IMG/VR virus record: IMGVR_UViG_3300033146_003955
Coordinates: 64,001 to 128,000 of that record
DNA length: 64,000 bases
Strand: one strand, 5' to 3'
Source of the DNA: a virus
The notes under the pieces were generated by a model that was not told the origin of the DNA, made no database searches, and saw only the letters and a program-made list of their open reading frames with translations. Positions within the stretch are counted from its first letter, which is position 1. Each line of letters opens with the position of its first letter. Of this stretch, positions 19,490 to 28,473 are shown in pieces. The translations under genes and the position numbers were made by a program.

Positions 19490-20101
19490 ATGATTGATCC
19501 TAGTATTATAGAAGAAGCTTATACAGAATTAAATGAAGTTAAAGAAATTAAGAGTAAGTCGATAAAAGAAGAAAAATTAATCTATAAACCACGAAAAATT
19601 CAAGAAAGTGAAGTATATCAACAATTTTTAGTAGAGAACCCAGTATATATGTCAAAAGATGACATAGAAGTTGAATGTGATCCTGTTGTAGAGAGAATGA
19701 GAAAACTTATCAATGATATACAATCAATGCTCTTTAAATTAGATGATAACGTATATGACAAAGAAGCAGGTAAAGAAGATGATGATATTCGTGATGAAAT
19801 GAAAGCTGCTATGAAAATTTCTATTTTAAAAATGATTGAACGGTTGGAAGAAGTTGCCAAGAAGGAATGGAAAGAAGAAGAAGAAGAAGAAGCTGAAGAA
19901 GTAGAAAAAGAGGAAGAAGAAGTTAAAGAGGACGGTCCTGAAATACTTAAACTTTTTCCTACTGAAGAAGTAATATCACCTCAAGGTGTTAATTATACAA
20001 TAATTGAAATAAATGAAAATAAAGCTTTGTTACAAGATCCCCATGGTGAACAATTTAAGATTGAAACAAATACATTAAAGAAATGGAAAAGTAATAAATA
20101 A
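19490..20101 (+). CDS. Glu-rich protein, possible prohead core/internal protein
   Basis: AAGATAA at 19454, GGAGG SD; IIEE, LNE, IQE, LVE motifs. Confidence 0.65.
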   Translation: MIDPSIIEEAYTELNEVKEIKSKSIKEEKLIYKPRKIQESEVYQQFLVENPVYMSKDDIEVECDPVVERMRKLINDIQSMLFKLDDNVYDKEAGKEDDDIRDEMKAAMKISILKMIERLEEVAKKEWKEEEEEEAEEVEKEEEEVKEDGPEILKLFPTEEVISPQGVNYTIIEINENKALLQDPHGEQFKIETNTLKKWKSNK

Positions 20102-20116
20102 AGGAGATAATATAAA

Positions 20117-20833
20117 ATGGCCGGTTTAGAATTTGGAGATTTCCTGAACAAAATGAGCGGAGAAACAAATAGTAGGAAAAAACGTCCTGTTCCTGTTGAA
20201 GAAACATATATTCCCGAAAGACAACAACCAGTAAAAGAAAAAGTACGTTCAACTCCTGTAGCTGAAGAAATACGTACTCCTAAAAGAGAGAAACCTATGA
20301 ATCGTATTGATGAAGAATTTAGAGATAGAGCTTACGACTATAGTCAAAGCGTAATAAAATTAGTGAGAGATAATTTTAAATCTGTAGAAGAGAGAACACT
20401 CATGTTTGAAAGTCTTATTAACGCTATCAATTATTATATGGGTAGAAGTTCCACTACTGTAGTTAATAATTCTGTAGCTTCTGTACAGGAATCTAGTCCT
20501 ATGTTTGGTTCAGCTCCTGTAATAAACGAAAATGAATGGCAAAAAATGGGTTCACCTATGGATAGTACTGGCATGAGAGATTTAACAGGCCAGACAGTAA
20601 CACAACCTGCACCTACAGGCAATTATAAAACAAGTTTAAATCTCGGACTTAAAATTGGCGCAGATGGTAAACAAGAAGCAGATCTTTCTGGTATTACAGC
20701 AACAGATATAAATGAAATGAAAATTTTAGCAGGAATGATTGGTCCTGAAGCTGATAATAAAACAAGAGAACTGAATGCTGCAAAACAAGCTGTCGCGCAA
20801 GAAGTAGCTGATAAAGCAAATATGAGGGATTAA
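20117..20833 (+). CDS. Hypothetical protein
   Basis: AAGGAG SD, 238 aa. Confidence 0.7.
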   Translation: MAGLEFGDFLNKMSGETNSRKKRPVPVEETYIPERQQPVKEKVRSTPVAEEIRTPKREKPMNRIDEEFRDRAYDYSQSVIKLVRDNFKSVEERTLMFESLINAINYYMGRSSTTVVNNSVASVQESSPMFGSAPVINENEWQKMGSPMDSTGMRDLTGQTVTQPAPTGNYKTSLNLGLKIGADGKQEADLSGITATDINEMKILAGMIGPEADNKTRELNAAKQAVAQEVADKANMRD

Positions 20834-20834
20834 T

Positions 20835-21020
20835 ATGGACGCCGATGAATTAGCAAAAAAAGAAACTGCTGAAAATCAAAGAGCAGAAATAATAAAACTA
20901 TTAAATAAACTTATAAAAACAAACGAAGGTATTAACGAAACTATGACCGATATGATCAATCTTTTTAAACGTTATGAGATTGAAGAAGTCATGTATAACG
21001 AGAATTTACGTGACGGATAA
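20835..21020 (+). CDS. Small coiled-coil protein
   Basis: GAGGG SD. Confidence 0.6.
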   Translation: MDADELAKKETAENQRAEIIKLLNKLIKTNEGINETMTDMINLFKRYEIEEVMYNENLRDG

Positions 21021-21034
21021 GCATATTTTATTTT

Positions 21035-21493
21035 ATGGATTATGTAACAGAATCAATTTATGCCAACATTTATATAACTCACAATAGAGATAAAACTCAT
21101 ATTTATCAAAAAATACGTATAGTACCACAAAAACCAATTTTCCTCAAATATTTCATGTATGAAAAGTATAAAATAGGCAGAATCGTTCATGACCTCTTCC
21201 AGGAATTATATCTTGGGGATGGTGATAATATCATGTATGAAAGTACTATGACTTTCAAGAATACCAAAACAATAACTTATCGAATAGATAATGAAATAGA
21301 TCTAGACCTTGACGATCAAGAATATCACGTTGAAGGAGAGAGACCTAAATTTGATGCTTGTTCTGCTTGTACCTATCTTGTGATATCTAAAAGCGGTGCT
21401 GATAAATGTAGATTTCATAAAAAATTCCTTAAAAGACATAAAAAGAGTTGCACAGACTTCCTTGAGAAGGGAAATGATAATGGGGCAGTCTGA
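21035..21493 (+). CDS. Hypothetical protein with C-terminal Cys cluster
   Basis: GCATA-N9-ATG; CSAC..C..C. Confidence 0.65.
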   Translation: MDYVTESIYANIYITHNRDKTHIYQKIRIVPQKPIFLKYFMYEKYKIGRIVHDLFQELYLGDGDNIMYESTMTFKNTKTITYRIDNEIDLDLDDQEYHVEGERPKFDACSACTYLVISKSGADKCRFHKKFLKRHKKSCTDFLEKGNDNGAV

Positions 21494-21764
21494 TATTGCT
21501 AAAAGTTTATTAATTGGACAAACTTGCGATAGTTGTACTCATAAAACCACTTTTTTTGGCATTGGTGGCCCAAATAATAATCCTGTAACAGGATGTATAC
21601 TTAAAAAAACCGAAACGTTCCCCAAAGAAAAAACATGTAGTAAATGGTCTTTAAAAATAGAAGGGCCACAGTATGGCGTTTTTTCACCAACATACACTAC
21701 TGAAACAAAACTTACATTATTGGAGAAAATATGGAAGAAGTTGAAACAGCTAAAAATCTTTTAG
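21480..21764 (+). CDS. AK-x-LL-G-xx-CxxC family small Zn-binding protein
   Basis: MGQSDIAKSLLIGQTCDSC...C...CSKW. Confidence 0.65.
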   Translation: MGQSDIAKSLLIGQTCDSCTHKTTFFGIGGPNNNPVTGCILKKTETFPKEKTCSKWSLKIEGPQYGVFSPTYTTETKLTLLEKIWKKLKQLKIF

Positions 21765-21916
21765 AGGGAAAAAGTTGCGATAATTGTAAAAGACAAAAAA
21801 GTGAAGATATATGCGTTAGATGGCTGGGTGAAGCTTATGGATGGCAATGGTGGAGTAAAGCGGAGGAAGGTATATGTGATGACTGGATTGATAAACAACG
21901 AGAAAACACGCTGTAG
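21731..21916 (+). CDS. AK-x-LL-G-xx-CxxC family small protein
   Basis: TAKNLLEGKSCDNC...C...CDDW. Confidence 0.7.
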   Translation: MEEVETAKNLLEGKSCDNCKRQKSEDICVRWLGEAYGWQWWSKAEEGICDDWIDKQRENTL

Positions 21917-21997
21917 CTAAAAACTTTCTACTAGAGAGGCAAAAATATTTCCACATATCAGAATTTCCACATCTAAAAAAAATAAAGGAGCAATTAT

Positions 21998-22207
21998 ATG
22001 AGCTGGATGAAACCAACACCTGTAGCAAAGATAAACAGTATGACTAGACCTGAGATGGCTAAAAATCTCCTTGAAGGAAAAACTTGCGACACCTGTGGCT
22101 TAGAAAGAGATGAAGATGATTGCTGTGTGTGGTTGGGTGAAGATAAAGGTTGGGCTTGGGTACATAACAAAGGTTATGGTACATGTGCCTATTGGGAAGA
22201 ATTATGA
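21998..22207 (+). CDS. AK-x-LL-G-xx-CxxC family small protein, paralog of 21731
   Basis: MAKNLLEGKTCDTC..WLGE..GW.W..CAYW. Confidence 0.7.
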   Translation: MSWMKPTPVAKINSMTRPEMAKNLLEGKTCDTCGLERDEDDCCVWLGEDKGWAWVHNKGYGTCAYWEEL

Positions 22208-22273
22208 ATAAAATAACACATTTGTTGAGATTTAAATAAGATAACCTTATATAACGAAATTAGGAGAATTATC

Positions 22274-22837
22274 GTGGAAAATACCTTAGAATCCTTTGTA
22301 GATATGTTGGAAGAAAATACTAATGCTGATTATGTTGTTACCGAGAGCGGTAAAACTATACTCCTTGTTAAGAGAGTAGAAGAGAGTATAAAAGAGCAAG
22401 TTAGAGAACCTGGTGAAGGTTCAATATTTGCTAAAGCTTGGAAATTAGAAGAGTTAAAGTCCTCCCTTGAGAAGATTACACCTGAAGGGAATAAAGAATT
22501 ATATGAGGGTGAATTAAATGGTGCTGGTTTTAATCTCATCAAAGAGAGAAAGGAAGTAGTTCCTTATATGAAACTTGTTGGTGTTAATGAAAGTAAAATT
22601 CTTGTTGAAGCTCAAACACGGAGAGTTATAAACCTCCCACTCCCTATGGATAAGTTTAAAACTAATACAGTTACTTACTCCCTACGTTCAGTAAACATTG
22701 ATGAAGCAATTAAAAACTTTACAGAATTTGAAGATACAGCTCGTGCTGATAAACTTTTCATTCTTGAAGATGTTACAATTGGACCATATCTTAACAAGTG
22801 GAATGATGATTTATTTATCATTGTGCCTAATAAATAA
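22274..22837 (+). CDS. Hypothetical late protein, possible head internal protein
   Basis: TAAGATAA at 22237, AGGAG SD; MLEE, VTE, VNE, LVE motifs. Confidence 0.65.
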   Translation: MENTLESFVDMLEENTNADYVVTESGKTILLVKRVEESIKEQVREPGEGSIFAKAWKLEELKSSLEKITPEGNKELYEGELNGAGFNLIKERKEVVPYMKLVGVNESKILVEAQTRRVINLPLPMDKFKTNTVTYSLRSVNIDEAIKNFTEFEDTARADKLFILEDVTIGPYLNKWNDDLFIIVPNK

Positions 22838-22856
22838 AGAAATAAAGAAAGGAAAA

Positions 22857-23232
22857 ATGGATTTTAATATAAATGAATTAAATGAAGGCTTAAATGAAGG
22901 CTTAAATGAAGCAAAAGGTGAAAGATTATTTAGAAAGCAAGCTTATAAACTCAGTGGCAAACAAATTGCTGGGTAATACCATACAAGATATAGATGCTTG
23001 GATGGAAGGTTATGAATCTTATCTTAGTGTTAAATTTGATGATTCTGAAAAATTTTACGATGATAGTAATGCATATGCCGCTTTTAAAAAATTATGTTTG
23101 CCATTAGGTATAGATGTTATTGATATAAGAGAACTATCATATCCCATGGTTAAAAAGAATGGGCATAAAGATTTGGTTGAAGAAATATGGGTTGAATTTG
23201 CTGAAGGTACCCGCAGCTCTGATTCTTTTTGA
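22857..23232 (+). pseudogene. Probably one gene split by a +1 frameshift near 22971-22973
   Basis: MDFNINELNEGLNEGLNEAKG... ends GCT GGG TAA; removing one G joins it to GNTIQDIDAW... of ORF 22906..23232. Confidence 0.45.
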
Positions 23233-23247
23233 ACAAAGAGAGAGCTA

Positions 23248-23676
23248 TTAAGCTCCTTTTTTTATAATCTCCATATGACCTAATTTAGGTTGATATAGGA
23301 CAGGGATTACATTATTTTTATACGCCATTTCAACTTCAAAGTTTGAAAACTTAGGAGCTACTATGAATGGCGTTATTTTTTTGCTTCGATATAATTGCAA
23401 TTGTAGGAATCTAGCATATAACATACTTTGATGAACAGCTGATTTGAGAGCATCAACCTTATGCCTTTTAAATTCCAGGACAATCATTTTATTATCTTTA
23501 GAATATGGCTCTTCTTCAATTTCACAAACTACATCTGCGTACTTTACACCATCAGCAGTTTTAACCGGAAGTTCTATTCCGTATACTCTTAGCTTCCCTT
23601 TAGGTGCTTTTATCAATTCCTCAAAGTTGGAAAGGTGCTTCTTCATAAATATGTGTTTAATTTCCTTCTCTGTCAT
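23248..23676 (-). CDS. NucS-like PD-(D/E)xK nuclease
   Basis: IELPV..YADVV..VLEFK..AVHQSMLY. Confidence 0.65.
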   Translation of the reverse strand: MTEKEIKHIFMKKHLSNFEELIKAPKGKLRVYGIELPVKTADGVKYADVVCEIEEEPYSKDNKMIVLEFKRHKVDALKSAVHQSMLYARFLQLQLYRSKKITPFIVAPKFSNFEVEMAYKNNVIPVLYQPKLGHMEIIKKGA

Positions 23677-23681
23677 ATATA

Positions 23682-23725
23682 CCTCTTTTACACTTTCATA
23701 CTTATCTTACAAGTGTAAAAAGAAT
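23682..23725 (-). promoter_or_regulatory. AAGATAA motif in the loop of an RBS-occluding hairpin
   Basis: Minus strand ttctttttacactt-gtAAGATAAgtatga-aagtgtaaaagagg; stem covers GAGG. Confidence 0.7.
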
Positions 23726-23733
23726 TATATCAT

Positions 23734-23963
23734 TTATGGGAAAATAATTTTTAAATATCTGTGTTTAATATTGTATGGTAATTGGTTGGCTGTTAATAGT
23801 TTAGATTCCACAAAATCGTGTGAGCCTACATTTAATCCCTTCCCACTATATCTTTTTATATTTTCACTGTCACCATAGATATGGTAGATAGCAGATGCGT
23901 AATAATAAGTATAATCTTTTTGGCTCACCACTATTTTTATAGTGGTGGGATTAATTTTTCCAT
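23734..23963 (-). pseudogene. Small protein of the C-terminal tag family, apparently frameshifted
   Basis: Coupled ATG at 23963 (MEKLIPPL*) is out of frame with VVSQKDY...YLKIIFP; the break lies in a perfect hairpin 23926-23947. Confidence 0.45.
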
Positions 23964-23964
23964 A

Positions 23965-24468
23965 TTATTCTAACGATTCTAATTCTTCAAAATTTAATTC
24001 ATCATCTGTTATTTCAATAATATTTTCATCTAAGGTTATATCATCATCTAAGGTTATATCATCATCTAAGGTTATATCATCATCTAAGGTTATATCATCA
24101 TCTAAGGTTATATCATCATCTAAGGTTATATCATCATCATCCAACATGTTTAGTAACTCCTCATCAGTTTCATCTAATAAATTATCTTCAAGACCAAGAT
24201 CTAAATCATCGTCAATATTTAAAGTACCTGATACCTCGTCAAAATCAGCTTTTTCTATCTCTGGCATCTCAATTTCTTCGACTATAATATTATCAATTAT
24301 CTCTCTTTCTTCTTCGGCCTTTCCAAAGATGGATATTTCTTGTACAATACCATCCTTTTTTATAACCTTCCCTTGCATTTTAGATGAAAATAAATCATCA
24401 GCATAAGCCGCTTCAAATTCAGTCTCAAACTTTATTGTTAAATTCCCATCGTCTAATATAAATCTCAT
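23965..24468 (-). CDS. Very acidic protein with DDDITL repeats
   Basis: AGGAG SD; D/E-rich C-half. Confidence 0.75.
   Translation of the reverse strand: MRFILDDGNLTIKFETEFEAAYADDLFSSKMQGKVIKKDGIVQEISIFGKAEEEREIIDNIIVEEIEMPEIEKADFDEVSGTLNIDDDLDLGLEDNLLDETDEELLNMLDDDDITLDDDITLDDDITLDDDITLDDDITLDDDITLDENIIEITDDELNFEELESLE
24026..24133 (-). repeat. Perfect 18-nt tandem repeat x6
   Basis: tcatctaaggttatatca. Confidence 0.95.
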
Positions 24469-24480
24469 ATTTTTTCTCCT

Positions 24481-25035
24481 TTATAGTTCCCAACTTTTCT
24501 CAATTTTATCTTCATAATCTTTACAGTTACCTTGTAAATAATCTTCAACAAAACAACAAAGCGCGTGACTGTCAACTACGTTATCGTCGAATACTGTTTG
24601 TTTCTTAATTCTTTTAAAGAATGGTATATTAGCACCTCTCTTATTTGCTTCTTCTATCATAGCCAATTTGTCTGCATTACCACTACCTGTATAATATTTT
24701 TTTAAAGTCTTAGGCGGAATGATGATAAATTTAATATCTTTAGTGAAGTATAAGGCCCGGAGCATATGGGACAAGCCTCCAAGTTCAAATAAAGTATTTC
24801 CGCGACTCGCATATGACATACCCTCCATACAAATATAGTCTGGCTTATATTTCTTTATAATCTCAGTTATATCTTCAACTATTTTTATTAATCGTTTCGT
24901 ATAATCAATAGTTGGGGTTTTTGTATTTTTAGTTTTAGACGATGATATTAAATAATAATATTCTTCACCTTCAGAAAAAACTGTTATGCCACTACCAACA
25001 AGACTTTGATCAATACCCATATATATATTACTCAT
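24481..25035 (-). CDS. ruvC: RuvC-like Holliday junction resolvase
   Basis: MGIDQSL..SG, ICMEG, LKKYYTGSGNADK, DNVVDS. Confidence 0.85.
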   Translation of the reverse strand: MSNIYMGIDQSLVGSGITVFSEGEEYYYLISSSKTKNTKTPTIDYTKRLIKIVEDITEIIKKYKPDYICMEGMSYASRGNTLFELGGLSHMLRALYFTKDIKFIIIPPKTLKKYYTGSGNADKLAMIEEANKRGANIPFFKRIKKQTVFDDNVVDSHALCCFVEDYLQGNCKDYEDKIEKSWEL

Positions 25036-25942
25036 CTTTTATCCTTATAAATTTATATTCAGGTAAATACTTTTCTATTTGATGTTATCTTACTATATCT
25101 TTTTCACAAAGATTTCCACTTATATCAAAATGTTTTTTCTCATCATATTCCATAATCAATTTCATATCATGGTTTATATAATCTACCCAATAACCTAATT
25201 CTTTTATATGATACTCACCACCGTTTCTAGCATGTTGACCATTCGTATTATTATCTTTATCGAATTGTTCGAAATGGTTACAAGCTTTGGGATTCCAATT
25301 TGGTACTAATTGTTGTCCTAGTGTCAATCTTTCCTCAACTGTTTTTATAGCTTTTAACCTTCTATTTTTAATTTCTTCAGCAGATTGAATTCTAACTTTT
25401 CCTTTTTTTGCTTTGCTCATTTTCATTCTTGTTTCTTTAGAAAATGGTTTTCTTTTTGTTCCTTTCATTGCATCCATAGCGCACTTATGACAACAATATT
25501 TACTATCATTACGTTTTTTGTATGATATTTCATATTCATTTTTGCAATAATTACATATCAATTTAACATCAGGACTAGGCTTTTTATTTGATTTACATTT
25601 TATACGCATTTCCTGCGCTTTATCTCCATACAACTCTTCAAATGTTTTACCTTTACTCCAAGGAATATTACCAATATGACTTTTACTCCTCACCTTTCTT
25701 GATTCCGCCGACATTTCTAAATCTTTTTGCCATTCATTAAAACAATTTTTACTACAATATTTACGGTCTCTTTTTTTGTATTCTACACTAAAAATTATTC
25801 CACAATAATTACATTTTATTTTTACAGGGCTATGAGCTTTAGCTTTATTTCTGTGTGTTGTTGCACAAGACTTACTACAAAATTTTTGATTTTTATAATA
25901 TGTTTTAAACTCTTTATTACATTCTAAACAAACTTTTATCAT
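25028..25942 (-). pseudogene. Zn-finger/NUMOD3/Vsr-like homing endonuclease with a premature TAA at 25085-25087
   Basis: CxxC..KFCS repeats, SKETRMKMS, GYWVDY..EYDEKKH; frame continues after the stop as HQIEKYLPEYKFIRIKDE. Confidence 0.7.
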
Positions 25943-26009
25943 ATAATTATCTTGTATATATTTTTAAAATTGTCATGTTTCTACTTCTAAAGTAAGTGCT
26001 TCCCAATCA

Positions 26010-26246
26010 CTAATACGGATGGAAGCTTATTACTTCTATAAACCTTGTAAATATAAATTTTATTCCATCTGCAGGAAGATAAGTAGTTTCGTAAGATAGA
26101 ATTTTCTCATCTCCAACTTTATTATTGTCCCCGTGTATAATATGAGTTATTATTCCTTCTATTTCAACACGGCCAAACCTCTCTATTTTCTTATCATCTG
26201 TTTCGATAATATAAGCTTCACCTAAGAACATTACAAACTTTTCCAT
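26010..26246 (-). CDS. Small protein, C-terminal tag family (GIKFIF)
   Basis: TAATG coupling. Confidence 0.6.
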   Translation of the reverse strand: MEKFVMFLGEAYIIETDDKKIERFGRVEIEGIITHIIHGDNNKVGDEKILSYETTYLPADGIKFIFTRFIEVISFHPY

Positions 26247-26428
26247 TATTCAAATACCAACCTTATTATTTTTCTGAAAGCTTCAGGCTTATCAACTTCA
26301 ATCTTTGCTTTTAAATTTTTCAGCAGAGTAATATACGCAAAAAATTTATATTCTATATTATCTTTGTAAAGTGTTGATATTATGATCATTTTATAAAGAT
26401 AATATAGAATATAAATTTTCAAAATCAC
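26246..26428 (-). CDS. Small protein, C-terminal tag family (KIIRLVFE)
   Basis: Start uncertain; shared C-terminal motif. Confidence 0.45.
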   Translation of the reverse strand: MILKIYILYYLYKMIIISTLYKDNIEYKFFAYITLLKNLKAKIEVDKPEAFRKIIRLVFE

Positions 26429-26445
26429 TATATTAGGAGAATTAA

Positions 26446-26727
26446 ATGCCTAAAATTGATTTACAATCTCAAATAGTTTTAACTGTAGTTGGCCTACTTG
26501 TAACAGCTGCTCTTGTATTTGTTGGTATATCATTCTTGGGAATGCAAGATGATCTTCAACAACTAACTGTCGACGTAACAACTTTGCAGTCTTTACAAAA
26601 AACGTCAGCGATAGCCAATTCTAATGCTTTTAAAAATGCAAATGAGGATTTGATTGCTGTAAAAACTGATTTGAAATTAGATATACGAGAGTTGAAAAAT
26701 GATATAAAATATTTATGGAGGAGATAA
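26446..26727 (+). CDS. Single-TM coiled-coil protein (possible lysis component)
   Basis: TAAAGATAA at 26394, AGGAG SD, N-terminal TM. Confidence 0.6.
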   Translation: MPKIDLQSQIVLTVVGLLVTAALVFVGISFLGMQDDLQQLTVDVTTLQSLQKTSAIANSNAFKNANEDLIAVKTDLKLDIRELKNDIKYLWRR

Positions 26728-27248
26728 TGAGAATACTATTTATTATATTGTTAATCATACTGCCTATTTTTGTATTTTCTCAGCAAATTGTAGAAGAAGA
26801 TTTAATAGATGAGTTAAATTTTTGGAATTCAAATTTAAATTTTGAGTATAAAAACAATACTCTTTATATATATGATTATTATTCAAGTGATTACAGCGAT
26901 GTATCTCTTGGTTTATCAGATATCTTAGAAGGTATAACATATTATTTGAAAGATATTCAAATAGATTTAAAAAATTTAGATTTAAATGTTGAATATACAT
27001 GGGGAAGCCGTAATTATAGTAATGATGACTTCATTATGGAAAAATTGCATATAGATCCAGAATGGTTGATCGCCTACACTTTAACCGAAAGTAGAAAAGA
27101 TAAACAAGCAATGTTTGATGAGGTATTAAATCCAATATATAGAAGCATAAAAGATGACTTTCAGATATATCAGTCTCAACAAGTAAAACAAGCCATTTTT
27201 AATTTAAAAGAAGTTCAAATTTTACCTAAAGATGATTTTGAACGATAA
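26727..27248 (+). CDS. Secreted/periplasmic protein
   Basis: MRILFIILLIILPIFVFS signal peptide; GGAGGAG SD. Confidence 0.65.
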   Translation: MRILFIILLIILPIFVFSQQIVEEDLIDELNFWNSNLNFEYKNNTLYIYDYYSSDYSDVSLGLSDILEGITYYLKDIQIDLKNLDLNVEYTWGSRNYSNDDFIMEKLHIDPEWLIAYTLTESRKDKQAMFDEVLNPIYRSIKDDFQIYQSQQVKQAIFNLKEVQILPKDDFER

Positions 27249-27323
27249 CACAGAAATTAAGTATAATAAATTTAATTTTTTCTCTATCTTTAATATTTTC
27301 ATCTTTAGAGCATAATTTAATAT

Positions 27324-28025
27324 ATGAGAAAGAATAAATACTCGAAATCAAAGATAGACACGTTCAAGAAATGTAAACTTCAATATAAAAAAAAGTATAT
27401 TGAGAAAATTAAATTGCCTCAGCCTCATTCTGATGACCTTCAATTCGGCTCCTGGATTCATAAATGTTTAGAAATTTACAACCCAGATGCAGACAACAAG
27501 ATTGAAGTTATTAAACTTTTTAAACATTTCGATATTAGAGGGAAAGCTTATATTAATGCCATCCCTCAAACTCTTAGAAATGCTATAGCATATACTAAGA
27601 AAAATTGGAAATACCCTAGAGAGAATGAGCAAACTATAACTTATGAAGGGAATGAGATTACAATCACTGGTATTGTAGACTTAAAAATGGAGCAGAAAAA
27701 TGGTTTAGTTGTTGTCGATTATAAATCATCAAAAACTGCTAATCCATGGCGTCATGAATATCAAATGAAGATGTATACATACATGTTTATGAAAATTGAA
27801 AGTCTCCCAGCTGAAAAAATACATTCAGTTATATACTATCCTCGAATTGATGATTACAATCATTATAATTTTACTACAATAGATATGAAATTATTTGAAC
27901 AAGAACTCATGCAAGATATTGTGGATATAGAAACTACAAAAGTTTATCCTGCTTCACCTGGTTACCATTGTAGATGGTGTCCTTACCTTGATACTGAACA
28001 TTGTTCTAAAGGTCAAAAGCCTTAA
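27324..28025 (+). CDS. Cas4/AddB-like PD-(D/E)xK exonuclease with Fe-S cysteines
   Basis: S.S.I..F..C, GSWIH, GIVD, VDYKS, QMKMY, CRWCPY...C; GCATA-N9-ATG. Confidence 0.85.
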   Translation: MRKNKYSKSKIDTFKKCKLQYKKKYIEKIKLPQPHSDDLQFGSWIHKCLEIYNPDADNKIEVIKLFKHFDIRGKAYINAIPQTLRNAIAYTKKNWKYPRENEQTITYEGNEITITGIVDLKMEQKNGLVVVDYKSSKTANPWRHEYQMKMYTYMFMKIESLPAEKIHSVIYYPRIDDYNHYNFTTIDMKLFEQELMQDIVDIETTKVYPASPGYHCRWCPYLDTEHCSKGQKP

Positions 28026-28026
28026 A

Positions 28027-28206
28027 ATGGATTTAGCTTTAGCTGCTAAACATTTGTTACTTGGTAGAAATTGTTTTAATTGTAATTATTATAAAACTAA
28101 AAAAAGTAAATGTTCACATGATTTAGATATTTGTATTTTTGCTAACGGGCAAGGTGACAAATTACCTAGCGCAAATATTTGTAAATATTGGAGTAGATAT
28201 GAATGA
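28027..28206 (+). CDS. AK-x-LL-G-xx-CxxC family small protein
   Basis: AAKHLLLGRNCFNC...CKYW. Confidence 0.65.
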   Translation: MDLALAAKHLLLGRNCFNCNYYKTKKSKCSHDLDICIFANGQGDKLPSANICKYWSRYE

Positions 28207-28470
28207 AGACAAATTAGCAAAAAAATTATTGGAGAACAATATTCCTCCCCAATATATTCCTTATTATGAGATAATAGGTGATAGAAAATTAACATTACCA
28301 GTGAAAGGTGCAGTCATCATATTAGCAGAAAATAATGGATTTGATGTACGATTTATAAAAATTGATACAGTAATAACGGATGATTTTCATCCTTATAGAT
28401 TAAATATACATATAGATTAAATATACATATAGATGAAAATCATAATTTAAAAAATATAACTATAGGATAG
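28199..28470 (+). pseudogene. I78/potato-type serine protease inhibitor-like protein truncated by a 17-nt duplication
   Basis: VRFI...VITDDFHPYRLNIHID*; removing one repeat restores ENHNLKNITIG*. Confidence 0.6.
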
Positions 28471-28473
28471 GAG

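Noticed and set aside
17416-24133. 18-nt repeat arrays as CRISPR mini-arrays
   Set aside because: Units are contiguous with no spacers and are in frame within ORFs
25085-25087. Stop-codon reassignment
   Set aside because: Isolated case; long genes are intact in the standard code and TAA, TAG and TGA all end genes
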